DNA from: Eledone cirrhosa
Lineage: Eukaryota
Assembly (NCBI GenBank): GCA_964016885.1
Contig: OZ024752.1
Span: 21,204,001 to 21,268,000 of the forward strand
Direction of reading: 5' to 3'
DNA length: 64,000 nucleotides
The translations under genes were made by a program, and so were the position numbers. The notes under the pieces were generated by a model. It saw nothing but the letters and a program-made list of their open reading frames with translations, was not told the origin of the DNA and made no database searches. The stretch's first letter is position 1. Each line of letters begins with the position of its first letter. Positions 12,281 through 25,804 of the stretch are shown piece by piece.

Positions 12281-14670
12281 GCAATGTGTGCATAGTATCT
12301 TTTTTTAAAGGTATCCTGGGTCATGCCCACATAACGTTCTCCAGTAGAAGGTTGGTTGGTGTTAATAGGTCTTATAATTGCCTCATATACAACGGATTTA
12401 ATATTGCATTTGCCTTGTAAAGGACATTCACCTGCATTTCTGCATGAACATCCTGGGATTCCTCTGTCAGTTTTTCCGGTGGTGATTTTCGATTTCATGG
12501 AAGGACTGCAAGAATAGCTAATCTTTACATAGTTTCTATTAAACATTTTGTTATATTTATGGTGATGGGGGAAATGTTTATCTACTAATTCAAGGAACTT
12601 TCCACCTACAGTAGTTTTGAGTGCTAAAGAGAAGGGTGGTGTGAAATAGATTATTTTTCTTTTCCTATTATTGTTTAGAAGGGTTAAAGGGGTTAGAAAT
12701 ATATCTAATTTGTTCAGTGAATCTGCTATTTTTAAGAGCCTTATTATAGTAAGGGGCTGCTTTATTAAATATTTCTCCAGAAGAAGAGAGGGTAGATATA
12801 CTACGGTTAATATTAGGGATGAAATTTTTAAATACTATGGGAGGGTGGCATGACTGTTTATTTATATATTTTAGATTCCCATTAGGTTTATGGTAAGGTT
12901 TAAAGGACACAGTAACTCGAGATTTATATCGAGGAAAGTTACGTTGGTAAGATTAGTATCTATAGTAATTTTTAGTTTAAGTCAGAAAAAATTTCAATTA
13001 AATCTTTATGAAAAGTGTCGAGGTCATGGTCATTGGTGGTATGAGAGTGCTAGTCCGTCGTCTCGATATAACCCGATAGTATGATTTGGGAATGTCTCCT
13101 TTATTGTGTGTAGAAGGGACAAGCCGACCAAATCACACACATCGGCACTGTCAAAAGAACCCATAGAGACATCAAAAGGGTTTTCTGGGTTTGATTTTTT
13201 TACCCAAGTTTCATTTTTGGTAAAAAGTAGAGTTTTCCGGGCATGTAAAATTACTTCCTTTTCTAAATCAGATATATTAGTAAAATTTCTAGCGAATTCT
13301 AATGCTTTGGCTAATAAGGATTGAATTATAGATGTGTAGAAGTCTACTATATCGAATTGAGTGAATCTAGATGTTTTTTTTTCAGGTATATTATTAAACC
13401 GTGAAACTACTGAAGATGTATTTAGCCATTGATGAAGTTCTGTTTTACTTCTTATTTTTAATATTATAATTTCTTAAGATTTTTTTACTGGCAAGACCAA
13501 TTTATGATACAGCAGGGTTAATGAGTCTACAACTAGGTCTGTTTTTGAAATCTATTTTGTGGTCTTTCGGTGTAATTTAGGCTTTAAGTTTAGCTAGGCT
13601 TTCAGTTCTATTATCTATTTTTAATTTACTTGCAATGTTTTTAGCTTCAATATTTATATTATTATAGGTGTTATTTTTGGCTTTTTGATATTTGGTAGTG
13701 ATACTATCTGTTAAAAGTTGGTTATATAAATCGTTATTTACTTCATATAAGTTTTTAGTCTTATCAGAAATACAAACTTATTATTAGAAGACTTAATATT
13801 AGAAATATCATTAGCAAGTTTAGTTTGAAAATTATTATTGTACTTACAAAATTTTAGTTGATCATATTAACTAAGTCAGATTCAAAAGAGGCCATATCCT
13901 TAACTCTTGGTGGGTATTTCGATGGCTTTATGTCAAAGTACTCCTTTGAATTTAAACCGAATTGTCCATCAAAAAACATAGCCTTCCATCTCATTCTTTG
14001 TAAGACATTCTCAACTTTCTCAATCAACATTTTGGTGTAAGAAGCATTAGAGGGTGTCGGGATGTTTTCAACTGAGTAATCCATTTCATATAAATCCATA
14101 GTTAGTGTTGGTTAATTTCCTTATAACTGTAGAGTGCTCAACTAATCAGGCTGGACGATGCCAATCTCATAGATATGCAGAATTTGCGTCGATCATTCCT
14201 GTTAGGAGCTGTTTATGTGTTAGGTAATTCTGAAGAAAAAGCAAAGGAAAAAAGAGTACTCTATGTATAGAACAGAGCTATTTAATTATAAAGTGGACAA
14301 CACAATATATAACTACTCCATTACCACAGGTTTCAGCACCCTAGACAATATTAATATATGTCTAGGTCGTTCATCAGATAGAGATGTTATGACTAGAAAA
14401 TATGAATTGAGATTTAAAATCTGTTAAAAATTGGAAGTGAGGCTGGAAAAATAACGGAAAATATACATACAAAAATATATATAAAAGAGTAAGAAAAATA
14501 ATATAGAAAAATATATAGAAATATGAAAGCATATGTGTATATACATATATACACACATATACACATTCAGATATAAGTGAAATATATATATATATAATGT
14601 AGACATTTAAAAATATATTTCCTGTCTGTATCCATTTAGAATTAGAAGCTAGAATTAAGAATTTCGCCAA
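12281..14670 (-). mobile_element. Naiad-type Penelope-like element (RT plus start of GIY-YIG), frameshifted, with 5' pLTR
   Basis: Start MDLYEMDYSVENIP..RMRWKA, motifs FTQFDIVDFY, MGSFDSADVCDLVG, IGLYRDDG, YHKPN..YINKQSCHPP, CSCxxxxxCPLxxxC..VVYEA..YVG. Cut by (TA)n at 12281. Confidence 0.9.
14316..14383 (-). ncRNA. Type I hammerhead ribozyme upstream of the Naiad ORF
   Basis: Minus strand: ctctat CTGATGA acg-acctagaca...tgtctaggg-tgct GAAA cc-tgt-gg TA atggag. Confidence 0.8.
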
Positions 14671-14672
14671 GG

Positions 14673-17600
14673 TTGCCTAAGTATGTCCGTCTTCCGGAAA
14701 TCACCATTTCCCTCCCAGCCACCCGCACCCCTATCATATCAGATATGAAAGCCCAAGACCAACATAATTCCGTCCCCCATACCCCTTGCTGTGCCCCCAT
14801 TCCATCCCTTCCTCCCTCCCCCAGCAAAATCCAAAATTTCAAAGTTGGTACCATGAATGTAGGCACATTGAAAGGTCGCTCAAACGAGATTGCAGGGATG
14901 CTTGAACGTAAGGAAGTCGATGTCTGTTGTGTTCAAGAGACCAGGTGGAGGGGTGGTTCTGCTCGATTCATTGTGGACAGGAAACAATGCTATAAGCTTT
15001 TCTGGATGGGTTGTGATAGTAGGCTGGGGCGTGTTGGAATTATGTTAGCAGAAAAATGGGTAGACAAGGTAATTGCCATAGATAGAGTGAATGACAGGAT
15101 CATTAAAATAAGATTAGTACTAAATAGGACAACTATATCTATTATTTCTGCTTATGTACCCCAATCAGGATTACCAGACGTTACTAAAGACAGGTTCTAT
15201 GAGTCTCTAATGCTCACTACCCAACAGTGAATATATAATTATTGTTGGCGATCTTAATGGTCATGTTGGACAACATTGTGATGGCTATGATGGTGTCCAT
15301 GGAGGTTATGGGTTTGTTACTAGAAATGAGGAAGGCTTCAGGATCCTGGAATTCTGTGATGCAAATGACCCGACTGGCTGCAACACAAACTTCAAAAAAC
15401 ATGACAGTCATTTGATCACGTATAGATCAGGGGAGCACACCAGCCAGATAGACTTTATCCTTACTAGGAAACGAGACAGAGTGTCTGTTTTGAACACTAA
15501 GTCCCTCCCTCGCAAAGAATGCACCTCCCAACATAATTTAATAGTAAGTGACCTCATAGTCAGGGCCAGACGTAATTGCCAGCAGAGGAATACCTTAAGG
15601 AGAAGATTATGGAAGTTGAAGAACCCTGCAGGTAGTAACAAATTCAAAGACATATTACTTGATGCTTTTGATAGTAAGGAAGAGCAATTAGAGTCATACA
15701 ATATAGAGGAAGAGTGGGAATTCCTGAAAGTTGAAGGCAACTGATGGAATCTGTGGCTGGAGCAGACCGTTAGGCAGGTGGAGAGTGACATGGTGGTGGA
15801 ACAGTAAGGTGGAGCAGTCCATCAAGGGCAAAAAGCAGGCGTGGAAAGAATGGAAGGACGGCGGTAGTGGACAACACTATCGGGTAGCTAGGAGAGAAGC
15901 TAGACAACAGGTATACCTTACAAAGAGGGAAGCAGAGAATAGTAAGTTCAAGCATATTCTACAATATGGAGGACCAAAGATGTGAGATATTCAGGATTGC
16001 GAGGCAATGTGTCAAGGAGAACTATGATATTGTCAGGGAGACGTGTGCCCGTAATAACGATGGTGTACTTGCCTCACTGATAGTGATAAGAAGGTAGCTT
16101 GGAAGTGTCACTACGAGAGACTACTGAATGTGGAGAATGAATGGAATAAAGATAGTCTGCCTCACATTGATCCAATAGCAGGACCAACGGTGCAAGTTGA
16201 TGGTAGTGTAGTAAGTTAGGCAATAAAAAATATGAAGACAGGCAAGGCAGCTGGGCCTTCGGGGATAGTTGCTGAAATGTTGAAGGTATCTGGAATGGTG
16301 GGATATACTATGGTCACCCGGATAGTAAACCAAGTAATACAGAATGGAGTCGTACCAAATGACTGGCGTAGCAGCATCATCATCAACTGTTACAAGGGCA
16401 AAGGAGACGCCCTGGATAGAGGAAACTGTAGGGGTATTAAATTAGTTGACCAGGTCATGAAGGTCACAGAAAGAGTTATTACTCAACTGATTAGAGACCA
16501 AATTGATCTAGATGAAATGCAGTTTGGGTTTGTGCTAGGTAAAAGTACCACGGATGTTCTTTTCTTGTATGGCAATTACAGGAGAAGTACCTAGCTAAAA
16601 GTAAACCCCTCTACTTAGCTTTTGTTGACTTGGAGAAAGCCTTTGACAGAGTTCCATGCTCCTTAATCTGGTGGGCTCTTAGAAAACTAGGAGTAGATGA
16701 ATGGCTTGTGAGAGCTATACAAGCCATGTATTGAGGAACAGTCAGCAAGATTAGAATTAACGAAGAATATAGTGATGAATTTAGTGTAATGGTAGGAGTT
16801 CACCAGGGCTCCGTTCTTAGCCCCCTCCTGTCTATTATTGTCCTACGGGCTATAACAGAGGGGCCTAAGACTGGTTACCCATGGGAACTTCTATATACAG
16901 ATTATCTAACTCTCATAGCTGAATCTATGGCTGAACTAGAGAGGAAATTCCAAACATGGAAGAATGGCCTTGAATCAAAAGGCCTTAGAGTCAACTTGTC
17001 TAAGACTAAGGTTCTAGTATGCAGAAAGGAGAATAGGGCACAGGTACCCTCTGACAAATGGCCATGCTCAGTGTGTAAGAAAGGAGTAGGCAGAAACTCC
17101 ATTCTATGTCCCAAATTATGGTTTCATAAAAGATGTAGTGAGATCAGAGGTAAGCTATCTAAGAATATAGATTTTATATGTGGCCGATGCTCAGGTGCAT
17201 TAAATAGCAAGGACCCACTGGATGATATCTCCTGCAACTGCCCAGATGGTTCTATAGAAATAGTAGACACCTTCCATTACCTGGGCGACAAAATCAGCAG
17301 TGATGGAGGTTGCTCTGAAAGTGTAGTAGGCAGAGTTAGAACAGGATGGAAAAAGTTCAGAGAGCTAAATAACACTGTTAGCCACAACGGGTTTTTCTCT
17401 AAAAATGAAAGATTGTATGATGCATGTATACGAATGGCAATGTTACATGGTAGTGAGACTTGGGCATTGTATGCTGAAGACCTGCGTAGATTAGAAAGAA
17501 ATGAAGCTTGCATGCTCCGATGGATGTGTAATAATAATGTGCGTAAAAGGCGAAGCATACATGAACTAAGAGGGAGACTAAGCATAAGAGGTATCAAATG

Positions 17601-17796
17601 TTGTGTTCTGGAGAGGAGATTGCGTTGGTATGGACATATGATGCGTATGAAGGACTACAGTTGTATAAAAAAGGGCAGGGCAATGAAAATTGTTGGAAGC
17701 TGCGAAGTGGGTAGACAAAGAAAAACCTGGGACAAGGTGATAAAAACTGACCTTGCCCACCTACACCTCTCTAAGACAATGACACTGGATACATAG
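14673..17796 (+). mobile_element. Near full-length RTE LINE ORF (APE endonuclease plus RT with in-domain PHD-like finger), disrupted by frameshifts and stops
   Basis: GTMNVGTL, VQETRW, SAYVPQ, GDLNGH, SQIDFIL (APE). KAAGPSG, QFGF, FVDLEKAFD, GVHQGSVLSP, YLG, LRWYGH (RT). Confidence 0.92.
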
Positions 17797-17844
17797 CTCA
17801 TATATTCTGTATTTCTTGAAACAAAATCATAGTGTTAATAATAA

Positions 17845-18010
17845 TTGTTTCTTTTTTTAGTGCAAGGCCACATTAGTGGTGCTTTATTTTATCGACACCA
17901 TAAGGATGAAAGGCAAAGTTAACCTTGGTGGGATTTGAACTCAGAACATAAAGGGTCATAACTATGCTGCAAAGCATGCTGTCTGACACTCTACCAATAC
18001 TGCCAAGCCA
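17845..18010 (-). mobile_element. SINE (second tRNA-related family); copies 19730-19910 (-), 25213-25345 (+), 38915-39100 (+), 47555-47742 (-)
   Basis: Shared gagttcaaatcccgccgaggttaactttgcctttcatcc ... ggccttgtgccaaaagtagaaacaatta sequence. Confidence 0.8.
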
Positions 18011-18249
18011 AAAAAGACAAATACAAATAGCAGTATTTTAAGTTAATGAAATGTATAGTAATTACTGTATCTGAACCGTATGTCACTCTATCTTTTGTCA
18101 ACTTACTGTTGTCAACATTTTATTTGACTATATGAATTCGATGGTAGCTAATCAGACCACCCTTGTAAAGTCATATATGACCACAAATACTACAAACCAA
18201 GTTTACTCCATTCACCTCCATATATTGGGAGTTCATTTAAATTCTACAT

Positions 18250-19400
18250 GAGAAATGTGTACTTTATGAAAACCATCCTCACTGTCCTTTATCCATTTTC
18301 TCTGTTGGTGGTGATGATATGCATTTCTTTCCAAGTTGTTCTCATGTATGTCAGATACTTTCCACTGCAGCCTTGGTTTTTGCCAAGAAACTTTCTGTAT
18401 GCAAGCTCACCATACAGTGTCTACTTTGGGGTCTTTTGATCATTCATTCCTACAAGGTGTCCAATCAAACATAAATGACACTTGTATACTATCATCTCAA
18501 TATTCAAGACACTCCCTTGAAGATCAGCTGACCTTCAGAATATATCTTAATCATTTCTGATGAAAGTGTTCAAAAACCTTTAGATGATGCTTGTAAAGGA
18601 CCTAGATTTGTTAACTTCTTGATACCATGTTGGGACCAGACACAAGAGCCCTGAAAAATTTAGTTGCTTTCTGAACCCTTCGAGATATTTCATCATTTAA
18701 GGAGCAAGAATGACTGACTATACTACCTTGGTAGATAAACTTGTCTACAACTTTACCTTAAAGTTTATGCTGTCCTTGGACTTAAAGGGGTTAAGATGTT
18801 GTTATACTATCACTTGAAGTTGTTGGTAGTAAGCACCTTTATATACCTTCTGGTATAGTTGCTGATGGATGGTTGATGTTTTGCAACAATTTTCTTGTGA
18901 ACAGGTCATCTTCTAGATGTGCAGTGAAGTGCATGCTTGCAAAATGACATTTGTGGAGTGGAAAATTATTTGTATATTGCTCCAAAGCCTTCATTGCCAC
19001 TGATATTTTGACCAAATTTGTTACTTTATCATTTTTAAATTCATTGTTTTGGAATTGGAAGACAGCCATATCTGAACTATTTTTGGTATGTTTCACATCT
19101 ATCTTATCAACTTTAACAAGAAAAAGGAAATGAGGGACAAACTATCAGTTGGTGACTTAAAATACCCCCCCCCCCCCCCCCAAAAAAAAAACGAAAACAA
19201 ACCAGGTCTTCTTGAGTTTTACTTTTGCTTGGAATCCTTCACCAATGGAATCCCTCCAGTTGATATCCACCAAATCAGTATTGTGTGTCTTGACGAAAAG
19301 AGTGAAAATAGGTTTTTGTATAATGATTATCTTTCGGATATGGAAATTACCTTTCATCCAAGAAACATCAAACATGTTAGAGCTGCAGGATTTTCTGCAG
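18250..19400 (-). mobile_element. Old, highly degenerate RTE LINE remnant
   Basis: Minus-strand FHQK*LRYILKVS and GHLVGMNDQKTPK*TLYGELA (RTE thumb motifs). Confidence 0.6.
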
Positions 19401-19974
19401 CTTAAGATCAACATGATAGAAGCAATAGTAAAATAGTGATTTAGTTTTGTCCTTTTATGTTCAGGGTTCAAATCCCACTGTGAGATAATTTGTGGTTGGT
19501 TTAACTCAGGTCAATCAAAGATATTTTAGTCATGTCCATCCCATCATTTATTTAAGAATAGTTTACCTAGGAATACAATATTCAATATGTGTTTCCTTTT
19601 TTAAGACTGTAGGACTCAATTTGACAGTTTGGGTTGTTTAACATACCCAGCAACTAATTAAAGACTCCTTCAGTGACTTGCAGTTTGTTGTATTTGTGCC
19701 TGTTTGTAAATGGTAGTTATAGTTGCAGTAATAATTGTTTCTACTTTTGGCACAAGGCCAGCAATTATCCCAGTGCATTACTGATACTTTATTTTATCGA
19801 CCCCGTAAGGATGAAAGGCATAGTTAACCTTGGTGGGATTTGAACCCAGATCGTAAAGGCCCGTAATCTGCAAAGCATGGTGCCTGACCCTCTACCAATA
19901 CTACCAATCCATGTTGCTTCATAGTAGCTAGAAACAGCAGAAATAACCATACATGTAAAGAAAAGATATACTCA

Positions 19975-20185
19975 CCATTGAATGTAACTAACAAAGTACT
20001 CATGTATCAATCAAAAATATCACCAGCAAATGTTAATGAAAAAGACTACATCAGACTCAGATTAAAACATGAGCAAACATTCTCACTCCTTCATATTCAG
20101 AAACACTGGAAATTCCACTTTACTATCTGGTTATATTGGGAACCTGAATGAAAGAATGAACAGCACCAAAATATCCTGGGACTTT
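19975..20185 (+). mobile_element. Degenerate Naiad-type GIY-YIG remnant
   Basis: PLNVTNKVLMYQSKI...DYIRL and HSHSF..NSTLLSGYI...ISW. Confidence 0.5.
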
Positions 20186-20205
20186 GTTATTGGTAGATTT
20201 ATGTA

Positions 20206-20459
20206 TTTAACCATTTTAATACAAAACCACATGAAACACTCCTGGTTCTATAATACACAAGTATTTATTTTAAGGGGTTTATATTTATCTTCCATCACAG
20301 TTTGATGTAAGAACCTTTATTAAGTTATGTTCCAAACACTAGCTTAATAACAAGAAAATTATATTACTAAATCTCTACAAATTCTTGATTATTGTCAACA
20401 TTTATCTTAAAATCCATAGGCAATGTCTTTTATTAGAAATATGGTAATGAAATGGTTAA
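20206..20459. mobile_element. piggyBac-like MITE (TTAA-flanked); related copy ~27410-28027
   Basis: ttaaccattt ... aaatggttaa ends. Internal taagttatgttccaaa shared with ~27893. Confidence 0.55.
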
Positions 20460-21539
20460 GCCAAATGAGAAGCAAGTGTAGCAGAGGATATGTATAAAAA
20501 AAACTTGAAATAGAATCAAAAGTCAACAGCCTATATGAATTTTGTATCATCTGTAGCCACCTCTACAATCCAAAAATATATATGTTCTGTGTTCAATCCT
20601 CTATTAGTTGAAATCCATTTATTTCAGCACATTTTTTTTCATTTGTGGGAATCCACAAATACCTTAATCCTCACAACAAATACTAGATATGATAGCAATT
20701 TATCAAAACTATTTTGTTAGAGTATATATTTACAATATTTTGTATGTTATCTGCTAAGTTTCACAAGTTTTTGATAAATTGATGGTCAGCATTTTATATT
20801 TCAAAATAATTCATCAGAAAGCTGTCTATAAAAAACAAATTATTTGATAACATTACTATCTCGTATTGTTTTTCAAAACATCAGATGGAATTTGTCTCGT
20901 GATCCCAGAGGACAGAATTGTGAATGCAATACCCCTAATGATTATATCAACCCAATACTCTGATCTTTGATTTCCATTAAGTCTCTCCTTCATAGATGTG
21001 AATATGGCACCAGACTAGATTTAAACTAAGAACTTTTCTAAATTAAATATAGTAACGTCTTTATGTCCATTAAGCCACTGTTGGATGTAAGATGCCTGAT
21101 AATGTTCAGAGTACAAATAAATTGAAATGTGGTTTAGATATATACAAAAGTTGAAGTTCATAGTATGTATAACTTATAATCTTGTGAAACACTTGTTTAA
21201 GACATTTAGGTATTTGATAATAAATAATTTATCAAAATAAATAAGAGTAGTTATTCTCCTCACATTAGAAAAGAGTATATTTTCATTTTTTTTAAATTTC
21301 TGGTGGTGTTGAAATAGGGAATTTATACTGAAACCTTTCACATCAGTATAAGGCCATACATTGTGGGGAGGGAAGTCAGTTTAATCAACTTCTGTATACC
21401 ACTGGAGAGATGAATGACGTCACTAAGATTTGAACCTAACAAGGAGCTATAATACTGAAAGTCATTCAGTCTGACACCCTTTACAACACTGGGGATTTCA
21501 AATATTACAAGGTTCTGGTTCACTCAGATTTATCATTAA

Positions 21540-21761
21540 CCCTTCAGCATTTAAACCGGACATATCCAGCCCAGAATTTTCTCACCTCTTTCTGTTCAAA
21601 CCAGCCATAACCAGCTACTCATACTTATATTAAGGTATTATTCTCAAAATAGATAATATCAAAATTTCATAGATTTGATATTATGTGAGATAATTATATG
21701 AGATAAAGTGTTTACCATGAAAATACAATAGTAAATATAGAATAATATAAATGCTAAAAAG
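21540..21761. mobile_element. piggyBac-like MITE
   Basis: TTAA-cccttcagcattta ... taaatgctaaaaag-TTAA imperfect TIRs. Confidence 0.6.
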
Positions 21762-21896
21762 TTAAACTTCATTTTTCAGTCTGCAACATTCAAGATGTTT
21801 TGGGGGGAGCTGGGTCACTGACATTGAGGTTTTTGTCATTGTTGGTGGCTCACCTTACTTACAGGTGATGCTGAAATTCCATCATTTTTCTCCCAG

Positions 21897-21922
21897 TTGA
21901 GGAAAATTTGGTGGCAAAGGAA
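21897..21922 (+). CDS. Candidate 26-nt micro-exon of the coiled-coil gene (xEENLVAKE)
   Basis: tttttctcccAG acceptor, GTAAGT donor. Ends in phase 0, compatible with the next exon. Confidence 0.45.
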
Positions 21923-22521
21923 GTAAGTGACTGAGTATTTATAAATAAAATATTAAAGCGAGTGTTATTAAGATTAGCTGGTAAATTTTTGGAGTTATGT
22001 TAAAATAGTCAATATCCATGTTTTCTAAATTAGGGTTGATAATGTAAAAATACACACACATGTACACTAGGTCTGAGTTTGGCTATTCCAGTGCCTTAGC
22101 CTTGCTATCACCTACAGTTATGCCATGTATGTCTTAGCTTAACTGAAAACATTTAGAGGAAAATACCAGTTTTTCCTCTTGTAATGACTAATTGAGTTTC
22201 TACACCTTGTCGTGATATTTTTTGCCTGATTAATTCTTTTTATTGATTTGTATCTTTTGTAAATCATATTTATTAAATATATTCAGTGTTTATATTGCAA
22301 AAGTTCAGTCAGATCATTTTTGTATGTACTGTGATATAGGCTTAGAGTTGTAGTTGCTGTTGTTCTTGTTAATATCTCTGTTGTTGTTACTGTTATTGCT
22401 GTTACCATTGTTAATGTTATTGTTGTTACTGTTGTGTCATATTACTCTCACTGTTGTTGTTACGGTTATTGCTGTTACCATTGTTAATGTTATTGTTGTT
22501 ACTGTTGTGTCATTTTACTAG

Positions 22522-22767
22522 CTGGAACCAGAAATAAAAGCAGTACGCAAAACACAGGAAAGTTTGATAGAAGACCTGACACATATCCGCAGCAACAGTG
22601 ATGTGCACAACAAACAGTATTCAGAATTGCAGATGAACGTCCGGCAAATTGCAGAAGATGCAACAGAAGCTATTAGCAGCATGAAGACCTTGAAATCACA
22701 GACAGTGAACAATCTACAACTTATCAAGAATATTAAACTTGAATTGAACAAACTGAAGGACCCAGAG
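22522..22767 (+). CDS. Internal exon of an unidentified coiled-coil protein (LEPEIKAV...KLKDPE)
   Basis: ttttactAG acceptor, GTTAG donor, 246 nt open, phase 0-0, heptad-like E/K/Q/L composition. Confidence 0.8.
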
Positions 22768-22967
22768 GTTAGCTGATTGATTTTTCTTTAGTTTTATATG
22801 TTTACCAGGTTGTCAGATGGACAAGTACTTTACTTGGGGTCACTGAGACAGGTATTTTACCTGGGTTCATTTGTGCAGGTATTTTACCTGGGATGACTGA
22901 GGCAGGTAGTTTATTATCTGGGGTTTGTTAGATAAGTAGTTTATTTGGGGGTCATTTAGACAGGTAT

Positions 22968-23350
22968 TTTATTCCCAGTTGTCCATAATGCTGTATGTAT
23001 CTAGCTTGTCATCCCTCTCATCAAGTGTATCCTGTAGGGCCTTTCTAAACCTATATTTAATTGAGAGGTCCTTTAGCTTCCAAACCCTCTGTCCCCATAT
23101 TTTCCTGCATGTCTTGTTCTGTCTTTTGTTTATTTTGATATCACTAATAACTAACTTCTTCTGGGCAGTGCATTCTTCCACAGTGAATGTCTTAGTATTT
23201 ATTACAGTCCATTTGTCTTGTCTAACAAGTAAGTACTCAATTTGGTTTGTGTGTTCACCAGATTAATATGAAATCAGGTGGTTGGCTGGTTTCCTGAAAT
23301 TTGTGTTCCAGATGGTTAGTTCATTTGCATCACATAATTCCAGGAATCTG
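22968..23350 (-). mobile_element. PHD-family RTE LINE endonuclease fragment
   Basis: EECTAQKKLVISD...VWKLKD...DNWE, homologous to 57836-58565. Confidence 0.75.
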
Positions 23351-23531
23351 AGCCCTTCTTTGTTCCACTATGACTTACGGGGACCACGTCTGCCCCAAGC
23401 AGTTTTTATTAATTGGAGTCACTGCTCTCCTAGACAAGTTGCCTTCACTACAGCTTGTAGAGTCCACATGTTCCCCATGCAGTCATTAGACGGTTTGCAG
23501 AGCAGTTAATTAAGATTCATGATGTTAATAC

Positions 23532-23568
<37 letters not shown>

Positions 23569-23571
23569 TAC

Positions 23572-24345
23572 CATCATCATCATCATCGTTTAATGTCCAT
23601 CTTCCACGCTAGCATGGCTTAGATGGGTTTGTCCCACTTGAGGCAAGATTGGTCAGAAGACCGTGTTTCAGTCATATAGAACTGTTTCTGGCAGGTTTTC
23701 TACGGCTGGATGCCCTTCCTAACACCAACCACATTTACAGTGTGGACTGAGAACTTTTTTACTGTGTCACCTACATGACCACTTTACAGTGGACAGAAGT
23801 GGGAGGATGGAGTAGGGTGTGTGGGGTGGGGTGTATATTGGGTTAAGAGGTGCTTTACTGATTGTAGGTTTAAGTTCATACTTAAGGGAAGGCGGGGCTT
23901 CTGTTTTACTGCGTAGCGCCAAAGGTCTCGATCCAGTGACATTGTCTTAGAGAGGTGTAAGTGTGCAAGGTCAGTTTTTATCACCTCGTCCCAGGTTTTT
24001 CTGGGTCTACCTATTCTGTAGCTTCCATCAATTTTGATCGCCCTGTACCTTTTTATACAGCTGTCGTCCTTCATATGCATCACATAACCAGCTGTGAGAG
24101 TTAGATCATCTGCATATAGAAGGTCATATAGGACTATCATATAGGACTATCTGGCAGGGTTTCTACGGCTGGATGCCCTTCCTAACACAAACCACATTTA
24201 CAGTGTGGAACTGGAAACTTTTTACCGTGTTACCTACACGGCCACATTACAGCGTGGACTGTGTGTTTTTTTGTCGTGACACCTACACAATCTTGATCTC
24301 ATTATCTCATTTATTTGGACTGGATGTTGTGGTACCAACTTTACA
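23572..24345 (-). mobile_element. PHD-family RTE LINE 3' end with internal deletion plus a duplicated UTR piece
   Basis: LLYADDLTL joined directly to GYVMHMKDDSCIK...GRPRKTW. Family 3' UTR and (CAT)n tail. Confidence 0.8.
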
Positions 24346-24874
24346 GAGAGAGGGTGGTGTTGGTGGGAGTTGAAGGATAGAGTATGCGTATGGTCAATTT
24401 TCTTTTGTTAAATCAACAATTTAACATTCAAAGGGAAATAAATCTGGCAATAAACAGAAGAAGGCCTGCATGAATCCGTTCCCTTGAACTGTTAGTTGAT
24501 TTGGTTTTAATTCAATGACACCAAGTCGCTGTTGGTCGCTCTACCAACATAAATAAACGAATAAAACCAGACTAAGAAACACCAATGTATTCGCCCAAAT
24601 GATAGTCACAATTGTATAATGATGAAAAAGGGTAAAATAAAACTATAGATTTTCGTACAAAAGCTATAAAACATCCATTGTTGTTTGAGCAGACGACAAT
24701 TGGTACAGCAAATAACTTTAGGATTCGAATGATTCCGTCAATTTAACTCTTCTGTAGATGTTGATATTAAGAAAAAAATCTTCATTCTTCTGTAGATTAG
24801 GTTTATAGTCGGAATAATTATTAGTTTATCAACTAGAATTTGGATATCAACAAAAATAAAAATTATTTAATATA

Positions 24875-25045
24875 TGTCTAACACCCGTGGACATGCTTAC
24901 AAAATCAGAAAACTGTATGACTTTTGGAAACATTTATTCATGCTCAGAGTTGCTGCAGCATGGAACAAACTGCTTGCATCAGTTGTTAGCTGTCAGGACA
25001 CTGCATCCTTCAAAACTTCTATGCTTCCCAAAATTGACCTGATAT
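24875..25045 (+). mobile_element. CR1-type LINE 3' fragment
   Basis: NTRGHAYKI...LRVAAAWNKL..SVV, the CR1 C-terminal motif. Confidence 0.65.
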
Positions 25046-25449
25046 TCCCCTTACATACACATGCACGCATGTATCTGTGTGTATATCATGACTTACACTG
25101 TTCACTTTCCTGGTATTTGTACATTATTCTATGTACTATACATGCACCTTTGATGAGTTGTAGTGCACCTGAGCACTGTTCACAATAATTTTCATCATCA
25201 TCATCATTATTATTGGCAGTATCGGTAGAGGGTTGGACGCCATGCTTTGCAGCATAGAGTTACGTCCCTTTACGGGATCGATAAAACTAAACACCAGTAA
25301 TGCACTTGGGTAATTGCTGGCCTTGTGCCAAAAGTAGAAACAATTATTATTATTATTATTCATTGACAAAAATCTAATCAGGATCTCTTCTGAGATCATC
25401 GTAAATTCTCACTATTTTTATTTATATATATTTCTAATTTTTGAAATAG

Positions 25450-25692
25450 TCTCGAGTAAACCTGAAGCTAGAAGCTGAGCGTAAAGAAACGAGACAGGAT
25501 ATTGACATGTTGAAGACTCAGCTAAAAGAGGAACATACTCGCTCAATGAATACAGCCAACGAGATGGAGAAGATCATCAAATCATTGTCATCAGTGACCA
25601 TGATGCAAAATGACATTAAAACACAGTTGGAGGAGATGTCATTAAAAGTGAGCGATCTGCAGAATGACATCAGCACCTTAAAGATATCACAG
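25450..25692 (+). CDS. Internal exon of the coiled-coil protein (SRVNLKLEAE...LKISQ)
   Basis: aaatAG acceptor, cag|GTAAGT donor, 243 nt, phase 0-0. Confidence 0.85.
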
Positions 25693-25804
25693 GTAAGTTA
25701 ATCAGAGGTGCATACCTCTGTGGTTGTTGATATTAAGTTTTATAAGCACACACGGTGTAGATATCAACTGGAAATATATATATATGGTATAAATGTTGAC
25801 TTGG

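Noticed and set aside
19088-19405. Plus-strand ORF as an extra host exon
   Set aside because: No convincing splice sites; it overlaps a degenerate minus-strand RTE remnant.
21780-21922. Longer 143-nt coding exon using the upstream AG
   Set aside because: Stops in all three frames; only the 26-nt version is open. It could still be a UTR exon.
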